A stretch of DNA of 64,000 nt, from assembly GCA_964495425.1 (NCBI GenBank), contig CAZBVG010000002.1:78570-142569 (forward strand), read 5' to 3'. The notes under the pieces are model-generated. The model made no database searches and was not told where the DNA came from. It was given only the letters and a program-made list of their open reading frames with translations. Positions 9,616 through 19,478 of this stretch are shown here, one piece after another (the stretch's first letter is position 1; each line of letters starts with the position of its first letter). The translations under genes and the position numbers were made by a program. The DNA comes from an uncultured Candidatus Saccharibacteria bacterium. GTDB taxonomy: Bacteria; Patescibacteriota; Minisyncoccia; Phycocordibacterales; UBA6065.

Positions 9616-9996
9616 TTACTTCTTCTCAGCTACTTTTCGTCCAGTACCCATAGTCTTTCGAGTGTTACCTCGTCGAGTTCGTGAGTTGGTTTTTGTTCGC
9701 TGTCCGTTTACAGGAAGGCTTCGCTGATGGCGAATTCCTCGGTACGCCTTGATATCCTTGAGGCGCTTAATGTTAGAAGCAACTTCTCGCTTGAGGTCAC
9801 CTTCAAATTTGAAAGTTTCCATTGCTTTCTTGATAGCATTTTCTTCGTCTGCAGTTATTTCTTTTGCCTTCTTATTGAACGCTACTTTAGCTTCAGTAAG
9901 GATAGACTGTGCGCGTGAGCGTCCAACACCATAGAGACTCGTGAGGGCGATCTCAATGTGTTTTTCATCAGGAAGAGTTATACCAAGAATTCGCAT
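9616..9996 (-). CDS. rpsM: Ribosomal protein S13
   Basis: YRGIRH..LPVNGQRTKTNSRT. Confidence 0.98.
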   Translation of the reverse strand: MRILGITLPDEKHIEIALTSLYGVGRSRAQSILTEAKVAFNKKAKEITADEENAIKKAMETFKFEGDLKREVASNIKRLKDIKAYRGIRHQRSLPVNGQRTKTNSRTRRGNTRKTMGTGRKVAEKK

Positions 9997-10147
9997 TGTG
10001 TTAAGTAAGTAAGTGGCTTAAAAAATTGGCTTAAAATTTGGACTAAATCGGTCTGCTCACAAAAAAAGAATCTCTAAAGAGATGGATTCCTATCCTAGCA
10101 TGGAATAAATCACTTGTAAACAGCTTTCATACGGATGCTCAAAAGTA

Positions 10148-10264
10148 CTATCCCTGTCTCTGCTTATGACGCGGATTTGACTTGCAAACAATAAAAACGT
10201 AGCCCTTTCGTCGAACTACCTTGCAGTTTGCACATTTCTTTTGAACTGATGACTTTACTCGCAT
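10148..10264 (-). CDS. rpmJ: Ribosomal protein L36 (zinc-binding type)
   Basis: Manual translation [38 protein letters not shown]. Confidence 0.97.
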   Translation of the reverse strand: MRVKSSVQKKCANCKVVRRKGYVFIVCKSNPRHKQRQG

Positions 10265-10304
10265 GGGTTTCTTGGTTTCTTATAATGTTTAGTACCTAAA
10301 TCGA

Positions 10305-10517
10305 CTACATTCTCTGAATGATCCTTCCCTTGCCGCCATACGGTTCAAGTTCAAGGCGCACCTTATCTCCGACAAGGACACGAATGCGGTTCATTCTCAT
10401 TTTACCTGCTAGGTAAGTAAGAATTTCAGTACCGTCTTCGAGCTTTACTCGGAAAAACGTGTTTGGCAGAGCCTCTGTGACTACGCCGTTTACGCTGGTT
10501 TTGTTTTGGTCTGTCAT
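10305..10517 (-). CDS. infA: Translation initiation factor IF-1
   Basis: [25 protein letters not shown]. Confidence 0.98.
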   Translation of the reverse strand: MTDQNKTSVNGVVTEALPNTFFRVKLEDGTEILTYLAGKMRMNRIRVLVGDKVRLELEPYGGKGRIIQRM

Positions 10518-10580
10518 TTAGAACGTGGGTTGCAGTATAAACCGAGATGATTAAAAAGTCAAAGCAGAAATATACCCCTG

Positions 10581-11951
10581 TTATTTCTTATCGATTGTGA
10601 TTCTTTCGAGGGATGTTGGGAACTTGCGTAGCCAGAAAGGACGGATAGAAATATCGGCCTTTTCTATCATCTTGTACTGTGAAAGTATCGTCGGAACATC
10701 TGATCCCGGTTTACCTGCGAGAGCCTGTTTTAGCGCTAGTTCATCATATGTCCATTCAAATGCTGAAGTGCCAGTAAGCGTAAATGAGATGTTGTCTACG
10801 GTTGGTCGGAAGTCGCCTTTTGGTGTGAAGTTTAGTTTATCGAGGTTGGTTATAAGGATAGTTTCACCCTTGTAGTCGCCGATCTGCTGTTTTGCTACGG
10901 CAGCTGAGAGCTTAGCCTTATCAAATATTATTAGTGAGAGTGTGCCCTCTTCTTTTAGAACAACGCTATCACCACTCGCTTCCTCAGGAAGTTGGGCAAA
11001 ATCAATCCGCATAGCCTTATCAAAAAGAATCTGATCATTTGCAACCTGACCTGGAGCCAACTTGGTTAACTCAGCCAATAATTTAGATTCGATAGCTGTC
11101 TTTGCCTTTGCACGATCAGCATCTGCGACAACCTTTTGAATACCTGAAAATCCTCCTGCAAGCGGTGTCTTAGAACGAGCGTAGAATGTTGTGTATCGTG
11201 GATCTCCCTTAAAGCCAGGTATGGTGAAATCCTTTAAGCCGACATTGTACTTTTCTCCCGCTTCATCAGCCGTAACAACAGCTTCAACTGATCCGGGGGT
11301 AGTTCCCTTTTTGCCTGGAACTGTTACAGAATCAGAGATTCGATAAATGAGACCTTCTGGCGTAGAAAAACGAGTGTTTTTAATGAGTCTCTGTGAGGCA
11401 GTGCTGTAGTTATTGTAAATGATGATGGTACCTGTCGCTTTTTTATCAACCTGCTTTTCACCATTTGCTTTAACTGTTTCTGATGCCGTTTGTTTAACAG
11501 TTACCACCTGAAATGGAAGCTCATCACCTGAGGCGTTCTTCTTTGCAACAATCTCAGAGGTTATTGGAAGTGAAAGTGTTCGAGGAAAGACCGTAAGTGT
11601 AGCACCGTGGAAAAGAGTTGAAGTGGCAAAAGCAAGAGCGAGCACAACAAGAATTGCACCAAGCGAATACCAAAGACCAGTTCGTCTCTTACCCGGATTT
11701 CTTGGGGGTTCTTCGTCAGATGTATGTTCTTCAACAAGTGGTTCCGGTTCATGAGGGATAAATTCCTGAACTGGTTCCTTATGAATTTTTACTTTTTGGG
11801 TAAATTCGTCATCTCTATCTAGGGGACGCTCTTTTTTGACAGGTTCTTTGACGACTGGTCGCTCAACAATACGTGGTCGTGACTCAGGGATAGGAATATT
11901 CCTGATTGTTCGACCGTCTTTTGGAACTATGTCTTGCATTTTTCGAGCCAT
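10581..11951 (-). CDS. Single-pass membrane protein with baseplate J/gp47-like region
   Basis: One TM near aa 93-112; ATGTIIIYN..LIKNTRF..V.A...G..YN..GG pattern, recognised from memory. Confidence 0.6.
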   Translation of the reverse strand: MARKMQDIVPKDGRTIRNIPIPESRPRIVERPVVKEPVKKERPLDRDDEFTQKVKIHKEPVQEFIPHEPEPLVEEHTSDEEPPRNPGKRRTGLWYSLGAILVVLALAFATSTLFHGATLTVFPRTLSLPITSEIVAKKNASGDELPFQVVTVKQTASETVKANGEKQVDKKATGTIIIYNNYSTASQRLIKNTRFSTPEGLIYRISDSVTVPGKKGTTPGSVEAVVTADEAGEKYNVGLKDFTIPGFKGDPRYTTFYARSKTPLAGGFSGIQKVVADADRAKAKTAIESKLLAELTKLAPGQVANDQILFDKAMRIDFAQLPEEASGDSVVLKEEGTLSLIIFDKAKLSAAVAKQQIGDYKGETILITNLDKLNFTPKGDFRPTVDNISFTLTGTSAFEWTYDELALKQALAGKPGSDVPTILSQYKMIEKADISIRPFWLRKFPTSLERITIDKK

Positions 11952-11968
11952 TTGATTTCAATTATACA

Positions 11969-13177
11969 CTATTTCAATTTTGCTTCGTAGAGTCTGCCGG
12001 CAAATGCTGCCAAAATCGCTACGAAAGGATCCTTGTCTGCATGTTTTCCGAACGTAACGACTGATTTGAGGCTTTCATGATTGATAAGGATCGCGGAAAG
12101 TGAAAAATCGTTTACGCCAAATTCAGAAATTTTTTCATTTCGCAGCACAGTCATAAAGAAATGTACGAAATCGTTGTAGATAATTGCGTACACCGTAGTA
12201 GGAAGAGACATTTTTTCGGAAAGTCTCGTGAGAACATTTCGAAAGCCCTCCATCCATTCTTCCGATGCCTGCGTGATAATCGGTTTGAGTTTTGCCTCCA
12301 CCGCTGGATCGATATGTCCCTCATGATAAAGCTTTACAAGTGACGCTGCTTCCTCTGCTGTTACGCCCATAAGCTTGCCAATACGTCGTACGATGAAATT
12401 TCTGCCTAGAGGAAAGCTTGCGGTTTCCGTGAGAACGCTGTCTTTGACGATAGTAAGATCAGAAACTTCCCCACCGACATCAAGGAGCATGAAATCGCTT
12501 TGATCATGATAGATATCACGAATGATTGAATAGGTTGCCAATGAAAGTGACGAAACGATCGTGTCCTTTGGATGATATGTGGTGATTGAAATATCAAATA
12601 CCTTATCTAAAACAGCCTTTGGGACGATACTTACGAACACAGAGATATCTGCCCGCTTTGCGGTTTTGCCGTATGGTGCAAGAATCTCATATCCATTGAG
12701 CTTTATTTGAACAACTCGCTTTTCTACCGCACGAAGAGCATCTTTTAATTCAGCATCCCCGAGTGTTTCCTGTTCGAATGCCTTTTCTTGGGCATCAATA
12801 ACAGCTGTAACCATATCCTGAGTAAGTGTAAAACCTTCAGGCTTGCTTATGGTAGAGATTTTAGTTTGCGTAACAGCCCAAGGTGATGAAAATACGTAAT
12901 AAACATGCTTTATTTTAAGCTCACCGAATTCTGTAAACTTTAGATGAGTCAGACCTTCCTTTGCGAGGCGTGAATTTACAATTTTGAGTGTGTCGAGCAT
13001 GTCTGAAAAGAATTGCTCGGGATTGAGATTCTCTTGGTAGCGAATAAGCTCTCGCAGCATATAAATAATCTGCGGTAATTCACCTTTATTAAAGCGTACG
13101 AGACCGGCCGCAATAGATGAAGAGCCGATGTGAAGAACAAGACCGAGCTCTGGTTCTGGTCGAAAAAGAGGAGACAT
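11969..13177 (-). CDS. Divergent actin-fold (FtsA/PilM-like) protein
   Basis: LHIGSSSI, LLDVGGEVSD, FPLGRNFI motifs. Confidence 0.65.
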   Translation of the reverse strand: MSPLFRPEPELGLVLHIGSSSIAAGLVRFNKGELPQIIYMLRELIRYQENLNPEQFFSDMLDTLKIVNSRLAKEGLTHLKFTEFGELKIKHVYYVFSSPWAVTQTKISTISKPEGFTLTQDMVTAVIDAQEKAFEQETLGDAELKDALRAVEKRVVQIKLNGYEILAPYGKTAKRADISVFVSIVPKAVLDKVFDISITTYHPKDTIVSSLSLATYSIIRDIYHDQSDFMLLDVGGEVSDLTIVKDSVLTETASFPLGRNFIVRRIGKLMGVTAEEAASLVKLYHEGHIDPAVEAKLKPIITQASEEWMEGFRNVLTRLSEKMSLPTTVYAIIYNDFVHFFMTVLRNEKISEFGVNDFSLSAILINHESLKSVVTFGKHADKDPFVAILAAFAGRLYEAKLK

Positions 13178-13236
13178 GCCTCTATTATAGCCTGAAATAT
13201 ACCCATCTCAACGTGGATAAGAAAATCTACGTAGAT

Positions 13237-15060
13237 TTAGTTAAGAACCGCTTTGATTCGTCGTACCCCAGCTGACACAGCTTCCTCTTTTTGGATTTTG
13301 AATGTACCGAGAATTCCAATGTTTTCAACGTGAGGACCACCGCAGAACTCTTTTGAGTATGCCGACTGCATCGTATCTCCAATATAGTAGACAGAAACAA
13401 TATCGCCGTATTTATCGCCAAAGAAATGAAGGGCACCTGTCTTTTCTGCCTCATCTTTAGGAAGTTCTACACGATGAACGGCCAATTTTGCCTTAATTTT
13501 TGAATTAACAATATCCTCAACCTTCTTTTTTTCCTCATCAGTCATTTTTGCTGTATGGGTAAAGTCGAAACGAAGTCGTTCTGGGGTGATATTTGACCCC
13601 TTTTGAGATACATGCGTCCCCAACACTTCTCGAAGCGCCTGATGAAGCAGATGGGTCGCGGTATGGTATTTAACTGACATTTCTGAGGTATCTCCGAGTC
13701 CGCCTTTAAATTTCTGCTCTGCACCCGCACGAGAAAGATCCTGATGCTTTTTAAATTCGATATCGAATGCTTTTACATCGACTTCAATCCCCTTTTCCTT
13801 TGCAAGTTCCTTGGTTACATCAATCGGCAATCCGTATGATGAAAATAATACAAATGCATCTGAACCCGAAAGAAGCTTGGTGTTTTTGGTGAATTTTTCA
13901 AACTGTACGGTAGCCTGAGAAAGGGCCTGGGCAAATTTATTGCATTCTTCATTAAGAACATGCTTGATATGATCAATTTTTTCTGAAAGTTCTGGGTACG
14001 CCCCTGCATAAGTTGCCACAATAGTATCTACAAAGACGCCAATGCGGTTTTCATCAAGTTTTTTGTCGGTGGTGTTGATTACTGCACGTCGAATGAGACG
14101 GCGGAGGATATATCCGCGATCGGTATTTGAAGGAATCACACCATCAGCTATGAGGAATGTGCTTGCTCGAAGATGATCAGCGATTATTCGCTTATTTTTA
14201 AGATCATTTTGAGCCTTTGCCATGAGATTCATGACCGGTTTCAAAAGATCGGTGTCATAGATGTTGTCTACTCCTTGCAAAGTCATTGTGAGACGCTCGA
14301 GACCGGCACCAGTATCAACGGATGGCTTTGGGAGCTTGCCTATGATCTTTCCGTTTTTCTTTTCATACTGCATGAACACATCGTTCCAGATTTCAATTAC
14401 ATCTCGAACATCGTCAGCTTCTACATACTCTGCATGGGTCAGTGTCTTGCCTCCAAATTTATTAGAAACATCATAAAACATTTCGGTATCAGGCCCGCAT
14501 GGTCCGTTATCACCTGCTTCCCACCAATTATTTTTTGCAGGTAAATAGAATATTCGCCCTGAAGCACCCTTTGTTGTATCACCGCCAAAATCGATCTTAT
14601 GCTTCGTAAATACATCTTTCCAAATTTGTGCAGCCTCATCATCTCGAGGGGCGTTTGCGTCGCCCTCAAAAACAGTCACGTAGAGTCGTTTAGGATCAAG
14701 ACCCAAACCTTCCTCCTTTGATGTGAGAAATTCATAGCTCCATGTTATTGCCTCCTTTTTGAAATAATCACCAAGTGACCAGTTTCCAAGCATTTCAAAG
14801 AATGTCGCGTGGGTTTTGTCACCAATGTCTTCAAGGTCTACCGTACGCATGCATTTCTGAACATCCACCAGACGAGTACCTTTTGGATGAGGTTTTCCAA
14901 GCAAAAATGGCACAAGCGGCTGCATGCCTGCAGTATTAAAGAGCGTCGCGTTTGTTACCCCTTTTTCATCGGGGGTGACGAGACTTGCCGAAGGGATAAC
15001 TGCATGCTGCCTTTTCTCAAAAAAGGCCAAAAAACGCTTACGGACTTCGCTTGATTTCAT
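13237..15060 (-). CDS. alaS: Alanyl-tRNA synthetase, short form
   Basis: LFNTAGMQP, FFEMLGNWS, HTATHLL, EFCGGPH; ends at GVRRIKAV. Confidence 0.97.
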   Translation of the reverse strand: MKSSEVRKRFLAFFEKRQHAVIPSASLVTPDEKGVTNATLFNTAGMQPLVPFLLGKPHPKGTRLVDVQKCMRTVDLEDIGDKTHATFFEMLGNWSLGDYFKKEAITWSYEFLTSKEEGLGLDPKRLYVTVFEGDANAPRDDEAAQIWKDVFTKHKIDFGGDTTKGASGRIFYLPAKNNWWEAGDNGPCGPDTEMFYDVSNKFGGKTLTHAEYVEADDVRDVIEIWNDVFMQYEKKNGKIIGKLPKPSVDTGAGLERLTMTLQGVDNIYDTDLLKPVMNLMAKAQNDLKNKRIIADHLRASTFLIADGVIPSNTDRGYILRRLIRRAVINTTDKKLDENRIGVFVDTIVATYAGAYPELSEKIDHIKHVLNEECNKFAQALSQATVQFEKFTKNTKLLSGSDAFVLFSSYGLPIDVTKELAKEKGIEVDVKAFDIEFKKHQDLSRAGAEQKFKGGLGDTSEMSVKYHTATHLLHQALREVLGTHVSQKGSNITPERLRFDFTHTAKMTDEEKKKVEDIVNSKIKAKLAVHRVELPKDEAEKTGALHFFGDKYGDIVSVYYIGDTMQSAYSKEFCGGPHVENIGILGTFKIQKEEAVSAGVRRIKAVLN

Positions 15061-15096
15061 GGGCTACAATGTAGCACAAATTCGTGCTAAGGAAAA

Positions 15097-15519
15097 TTAT
15101 TTGAGGCTAATAAGAAAGATACCTCCGGCAATAAAGAGAGAACCAACCGCGGCCTTCCAACCAAAACTCTCGCCTAGAAAAAGAGCCGCAAAAACCGCTA
15201 CGAATATAATACTTGTTCTATCGATTGCAGAAACTGCTGTTGCGTTGCCATTTTTTAGGGCAAAGAAATAGAAAAGCCATGACAATGCCCCAGCGATACC
15301 CGAGAGCGAAATCATAAGCCACTCTTTTCCGGTGAATGAGGCTAAGCTAAATCCTTGAAACTTCTTGAGAGTTAACGCAACGCAAACCAAGAATGCTGCC
15401 ATTATTATCGAACGGACTGAAGTGGCGAGCGTCGAGTCTAGGTTTTTAAGTCCTATCTTTCCAAAAATCGCTACAAGTGAAGCAAAAAATGCTGACAAGA
15501 ATGCATATACAATCCACAT
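15097..15519 (-). CDS. EamA/DMT family small transporter
   Basis: Five hydrophobic helices, AIFGKIGLK..DSTLAT..R pattern. Confidence 0.85.
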   Translation of the reverse strand: MWIVYAFLSAFFASLVAIFGKIGLKNLDSTLATSVRSIIMAAFLVCVALTLKKFQGFSLASFTGKEWLMISLSGIAGALSWLFYFFALKNGNATAVSAIDRTSIIFVAVFAALFLGESFGWKAAVGSLFIAGGIFLISLK

Positions 15520-15523
15520 GCAC

Positions 15524-17281
15524 CTATTGTATACCAGCGGTCAATTTTTCCAACTGATCAATATCCTTGTCTATCGATGCGAGACCCTTTTCCCAAAAAT
15601 GAGGCTTTGTGACATCTATACCAATAGATTTAAAGATATTTTCTGGCGAGTCACTACCTCCAGCAGATAAGAATTTGTTTATTTTTTCGATATACGTTTT
15701 ATCTTCCTTATACTTTGCATAGAGCGCCTTTGAAATAAGCTGTCCGAAGGCATATGAATATACATAAAAGAATCGACGAATATGGCTCCACGAAACAAAA
15801 TGGTTTCCATCAAGTGGTTGCATTTTCATAATAGGACCTAGATATGAAGCCATGTGCTTGTTTAGCATTTCTCCAATTTCCTCTCGAGTTACTGCGCCCT
15901 TTTTACGAATTGTCGTATGAAGCTCTCTCTCAAAATTAAAACAGGCAATTTGGCGGAAAATAGTTTGAATGTCATCATTAATTTTTTTGTGAAGCGCAAG
16001 AATCTTTTCTTTATGGGAAAGCTTCTCAAAGACCGCATCAAAAACCATTGATTCAAAAAAGGTGCTGGCAACTTCGGCAGTAGAGGTTGTGTAATTTTGA
16101 TATAACGCTGTCTGCGCTTTTGAAAATTCGGTATGAATAGCATGCCCCATCTCATGAGCGAATGTCATTACCTGATCCATGCTGTTTGTGTAATTTAGAA
16201 GTACAAATGTCGGTACATTGGTACCCCCTCCGCAATATGCACCGTCTGTCTTTCCTATTTTTGGAAACACATCTATCTGTCCGTTCTCTAAAAATGTTTC
16301 AAGTATAGACAAATAACGCTTGTCTGCAGAACCAAACACGTCTTTTAAAATACCAGCAGCCTCTTCAAATGTAATTTCTTTTGTATTTTCACCGATACCC
16401 ACTGCGCGATCAGAATATTCTAGATGAGGAAGTTTAAGTAATTTTGCTTTGAGATTATAAAATCTATGGCTGATTGAGTATCGTTTCGTAACAGCGGAAA
16501 CAAGCGCAAGGACACTCTTCGCATCATTTTGGTAGCCTAAAACAGTGGCATCGTAAGGCTCTTTGAATCCTCTTAACTCATCGTTGATCTTTTTATCAGT
16601 AGCAATGGCATTAATTTCGCTTTCTGCGATTTCACTTACGCCCTTGAGAGTATTCATGACTGCTGCGTGGAGTTCACGACGTTCCTTGAGTGGCAATTCA
16701 TGAATTTTACTAGACGCTTCGCCCAAAGGCATTTTTTTACCCTTATATGTGACAACCTGTTTATTCAAAATTTTATCTGTTGCAGTGATCCAGTGCACAT
16801 ACGCTGGAATTGATTTAAGTCCGAGAATTTTTTCCTCTGATTCAGAAAGGTCATGCTTTGCTCGGCGGAAAACTGTATAAAGGTAATACGAGTAATGAGA
16901 AAGTTTCTTACTTTTTAGAAATTTCTTCTGTAGTGTAGCCGGAATTTTTGCTAACGAAAGCTCAAAGAAAACCACTTTGTTCTCATTTAACTGAAGCCGA
17001 GACATGAGCTTGGAAGACATCGCGCGAGATTCAGCATCATTAAAGAGATCCATGTGATAATGGAAGTACATAAGAGGCTTTGAAAGAGGATTTTGTTCAA
17101 AAATTGCCTCAAAATCGCTTAGCGCCTGAAGCAGTTTTGACTCATTTTTAAGATACGCTGATGTGCCCTTATACTTTTTTTCAAATTTAGAGTAGGCAGC
17201 CTCAAATGCCTTAACATCCTTTTCAATGTGAGGGTCAGTATGGCTTTTATAGAGCAAAGCAAGGTTCCAGGTGGTCTGCAT
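15524..17281 (-). CDS. pepF: M3 family oligoendopeptidase F
   Basis: HEMGH, AEVAS, FYVYSYAFG. Confidence 0.9.
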   Translation of the reverse strand: MQTTWNLALLYKSHTDPHIEKDVKAFEAAYSKFEKKYKGTSAYLKNESKLLQALSDFEAIFEQNPLSKPLMYFHYHMDLFNDAESRAMSSKLMSRLQLNENKVVFFELSLAKIPATLQKKFLKSKKLSHYSYYLYTVFRRAKHDLSESEEKILGLKSIPAYVHWITATDKILNKQVVTYKGKKMPLGEASSKIHELPLKERRELHAAVMNTLKGVSEIAESEINAIATDKKINDELRGFKEPYDATVLGYQNDAKSVLALVSAVTKRYSISHRFYNLKAKLLKLPHLEYSDRAVGIGENTKEITFEEAAGILKDVFGSADKRYLSILETFLENGQIDVFPKIGKTDGAYCGGGTNVPTFVLLNYTNSMDQVMTFAHEMGHAIHTEFSKAQTALYQNYTTSTAEVASTFFESMVFDAVFEKLSHKEKILALHKKINDDIQTIFRQIACFNFERELHTTIRKKGAVTREEIGEMLNKHMASYLGPIMKMQPLDGNHFVSWSHIRRFFYVYSYAFGQLISKALYAKYKEDKTYIEKINKFLSAGGSDSPENIFKSIGIDVTKPHFWEKGLASIDKDIDQLEKLTAGIQ

Positions 17282-17282
17282 A

Positions 17283-17876
17283 TTATGTGTATTTCTTTAC
17301 AATTTTAAAATCGTTCAAAAGTTCTGCCCTCATTCCTCCGTTGTATAAGGCTACAGCTGGGTGATATAAAGCTATCACAATGACTTCACCATATAAAGTT
17401 TTTGCTTTGAATTCTTTACCATGAATTTTCGAAATTACGTTTAGGTCTGCTGCGATGCCATAGTTTTCGAAAATATATTTCATGGAATGACGGCCCAAGG
17501 TAACGATTGCTTTTGGTTTTAAAATTTCAATCTGTTGTTTAAGAAATGGGCCATATAAAGCAATTTCTGAGGTACTCGGGTCTCGATTCTCCGGAGGACG
17601 ATCCTTAACAAGATTTGTTATATACACTTTGGATCGATCCATCTGTATGGATGCTAACAGTTCATCTAAAAACTTTCCTGATCTGCCACAGAATGGTCTA
17701 CCTGACTTGGCTTCGTTTTCTCCCGGTGCTTCGCCGACAAACATTATATTAGCCTCACAATTTCCTTCCCCAATCACGGGAATATAATTATGTTCTTTAC
17801 GAAACTGGTACAGAGGAGATTGCGTTAAATGCAGTAGTTCGTTACTGATTTGTGTAAGTCTATCGGCATTAGTCAT
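17283..17876 (-). CDS. Uracil-DNA glycosylase, family 4-like
   Basis: GEAPG, RPPENRDP, YHPA; start moved to MTNAD, 6 nt after TATACT. Confidence 0.92.
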   Translation of the reverse strand: MTNADRLTQISNELLHLTQSPLYQFRKEHNYIPVIGEGNCEANIMFVGEAPGENEAKSGRPFCGRSGKFLDELLASIQMDRSKVYITNLVKDRPPENRDPSTSEIALYGPFLKQQIEILKPKAIVTLGRHSMKYIFENYGIAADLNVISKIHGKEFKAKTLYGEVIVIALYHPAVALYNGGMRAELLNDFKIVKKYT

Positions 17877-17902
17877 GGGCAAAGTATAACAAAATAAAAA
17901 AC

Positions 17903-18295
17903 TCACCCGGCAATCGGGTGAGTGAGATGAATTCGTTTTTTGCTCAGTCTATGAAGACGAACAAAATACTTCATGACTCTCTCAGCGGTCGGAAATTGTT
18001 CAGCGAACGCTTCCGGACCTCCGTTTTCCGTCCAATGCTTAACAACTTCCTCTCGTGTTACAGGCCGATTGTATGAAAGACCGGCCAAATACACGCTGTT
18101 AGGATCTTGACTGAAGTACTCCTGTGCAACGGAACGAATAAACGAGCCGCGACAGTTTGATTCTTGCTGAAGTCTGGTTACCTCAGCTTTCAATTGGGCA
18201 ATTTCGTTTTCAAGTTGAATAATTCGAGACTTATCGTTGAAATGGAGCACTTGCCCCACGTCGATACTGACAGGGTCATTGGTCTGCGGAATCAT
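17903..18295 (-). CDS. Orphan hypothetical protein with coiled coil
   Basis: 130-aa ORF filling gap; stop lies within terminator ACTCACCCG/CGGGTGAGT+T-run. Confidence 0.65.
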   Translation of the reverse strand: MIPQTNDPVSIDVGQVLHFNDKSRIIQLENEIAQLKAEVTRLQQESNCRGSFIRSVAQEYFSQDPNSVYLAGLSYNRPVTREEVVKHWTENGGPEAFAEQFPTAERVMKYFVRLHRLSKKRIHLTHPIAG

Positions 18296-18366
18296 ATCAA
18301 GTAAGGGGTTTACAATCTACCCATATAGTGAACCTCAGAGCCCGAAAAAGCTAGTAAGTTATTCAC

Positions 18367-18666
18367 CTATGGCATACTTACACCTTCAGATTGCAGAAGC
18401 GCAACCTTTGCTTTGCTTCCCTTTGTACCACCCCGAATACCGTTGTAGCCTCCTACATGGCCATCTGAACGAATAACTCGGTGGCAAGGTATGGATAGAT
18501 CAGTATTGCGTGACATGATCATGCCGACCGCCCGAGCACCATGAGGACTTCCCGCACGCAAAGCAACATCACGATACGTTAGTGTTGCGCCAGATGGTAT
18601 GTTGCGAACGATATGTTCTACTTTCTCTTTAAAGGAGACTTGCTGTTTTGTTGCTTGATTCGTCAT
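18367..18666 (-). CDS. MGMT family O6-alkylguanine repair protein (single domain)
   Basis: TYRDVA..ARAVG, PCHRV; start set at MTNQA. Confidence 0.9.
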   Translation of the reverse strand: MTNQATKQQVSFKEKVEHIVRNIPSGATLTYRDVALRAGSPHGARAVGMIMSRNTDLSIPCHRVIRSDGHVGGYNGIRGGTKGSKAKVALLQSEGVSMP

Positions 18667-19477
18667 CTTTTTTCTTGGTAGTTTTCTTTTCGCTCTTATC
18701 TTCAGACTTCTTGGCTGGTTTCGCAAATTTTGCCTGGACTTCCATAGCCAATTTTCGATAGTTGCAATACTCACATAATGTTCCTGGTTGAGGAAGTTCT
18801 TCTTTATCAAGACAGTCCTTGGCGTTGAGGATGGTCTTTTCAACCCAATCGTCTGAACCCGTATACGGAATGAGTGTGACTTCGAATTCTAACTTTCCAT
18901 CGAATGCTTTCTTATCACGTAGACCATTTGCATACACAAAATAACCAGTATCTGAGACCTTAAATCCCTTTCGACGCAATAACCATTGATACACCTCCAT
19001 TTGTCGCTTATATCCATCCTGCCACTCCGCATCGAGATTTACTTTTTCATCCTTAGACGTTGACTTGTAGTCAACTACAATAAGCTCTCCTTTTGGATTA
19101 ACCCACACGTCGTCAACGGCACCGCTAATAAGAAGTCCGGATTTGTCATGTCTGTATTGAATACCTTCAAAATTTTCACGCCACGTATTCATATCAGCGT
19201 GGGCAAACGGTATTGCATCAACACCGTATTCTGTCATAAGCGGATGCGAGGTTTTTGCAATACGATGCGCATCGAATTCCTTTTTTAAAAGATGATCAAC
19301 GGCAGAGTTAAGATTAAACGGAAAACCCTTTGGTCGAGAGACGCCAAGTTTATTATCAACATAAAAACATCTTGGGCACTCAACAAAAAGATCGATTTTT
19401 GATCGAGATAGTTTCCATTTTGAGCCGCCGTAATTCCAATCGGCGCTTCGCTTGCCTTTTAAAGGAAATGCTCCCAT
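18629..19477 (-). CDS. PD-(D/E)XK nuclease family protein
   Basis: LSRS..CPRCF, GAVDD..VVDYKS, QMEVY, CEYC. Confidence 0.88.
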   Translation of the reverse strand: MGAFPLKGKRSADWNYGGSKWKLSRSKIDLFVECPRCFYVDNKLGVSRPKGFPFNLNSAVDHLLKKEFDAHRIAKTSHPLMTEYGVDAIPFAHADMNTWRENFEGIQYRHDKSGLLISGAVDDVWVNPKGELIVVDYKSTSKDEKVNLDAEWQDGYKRQMEVYQWLLRRKGFKVSDTGYFVYANGLRDKKAFDGKLEFEVTLIPYTGSDDWVEKTILNAKDCLDKEELPQPGTLCEYCNYRKLAMEVQAKFAKPAKKSEDKSEKKTTKKKDDESSNKTASLL

Positions 19478-19478
19478 G

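Noticed and set aside
15072-15090. CIRCE-like TAGCAC-N6-GTGCTA upstream of alaS
   Set aside because: Arms and spacing do not fit TTAGCACTC-N9-GAGTGCTAA, and alaS is not a heat-shock gene
18667-18843. Long N-terminal extensions in the ORF track for MGMT (also UDG, DedA, Ddl, MltG)
   Set aside because: They overlap upstream genes or promoters; downstream ATGs fit domain boundaries and -10 spacing
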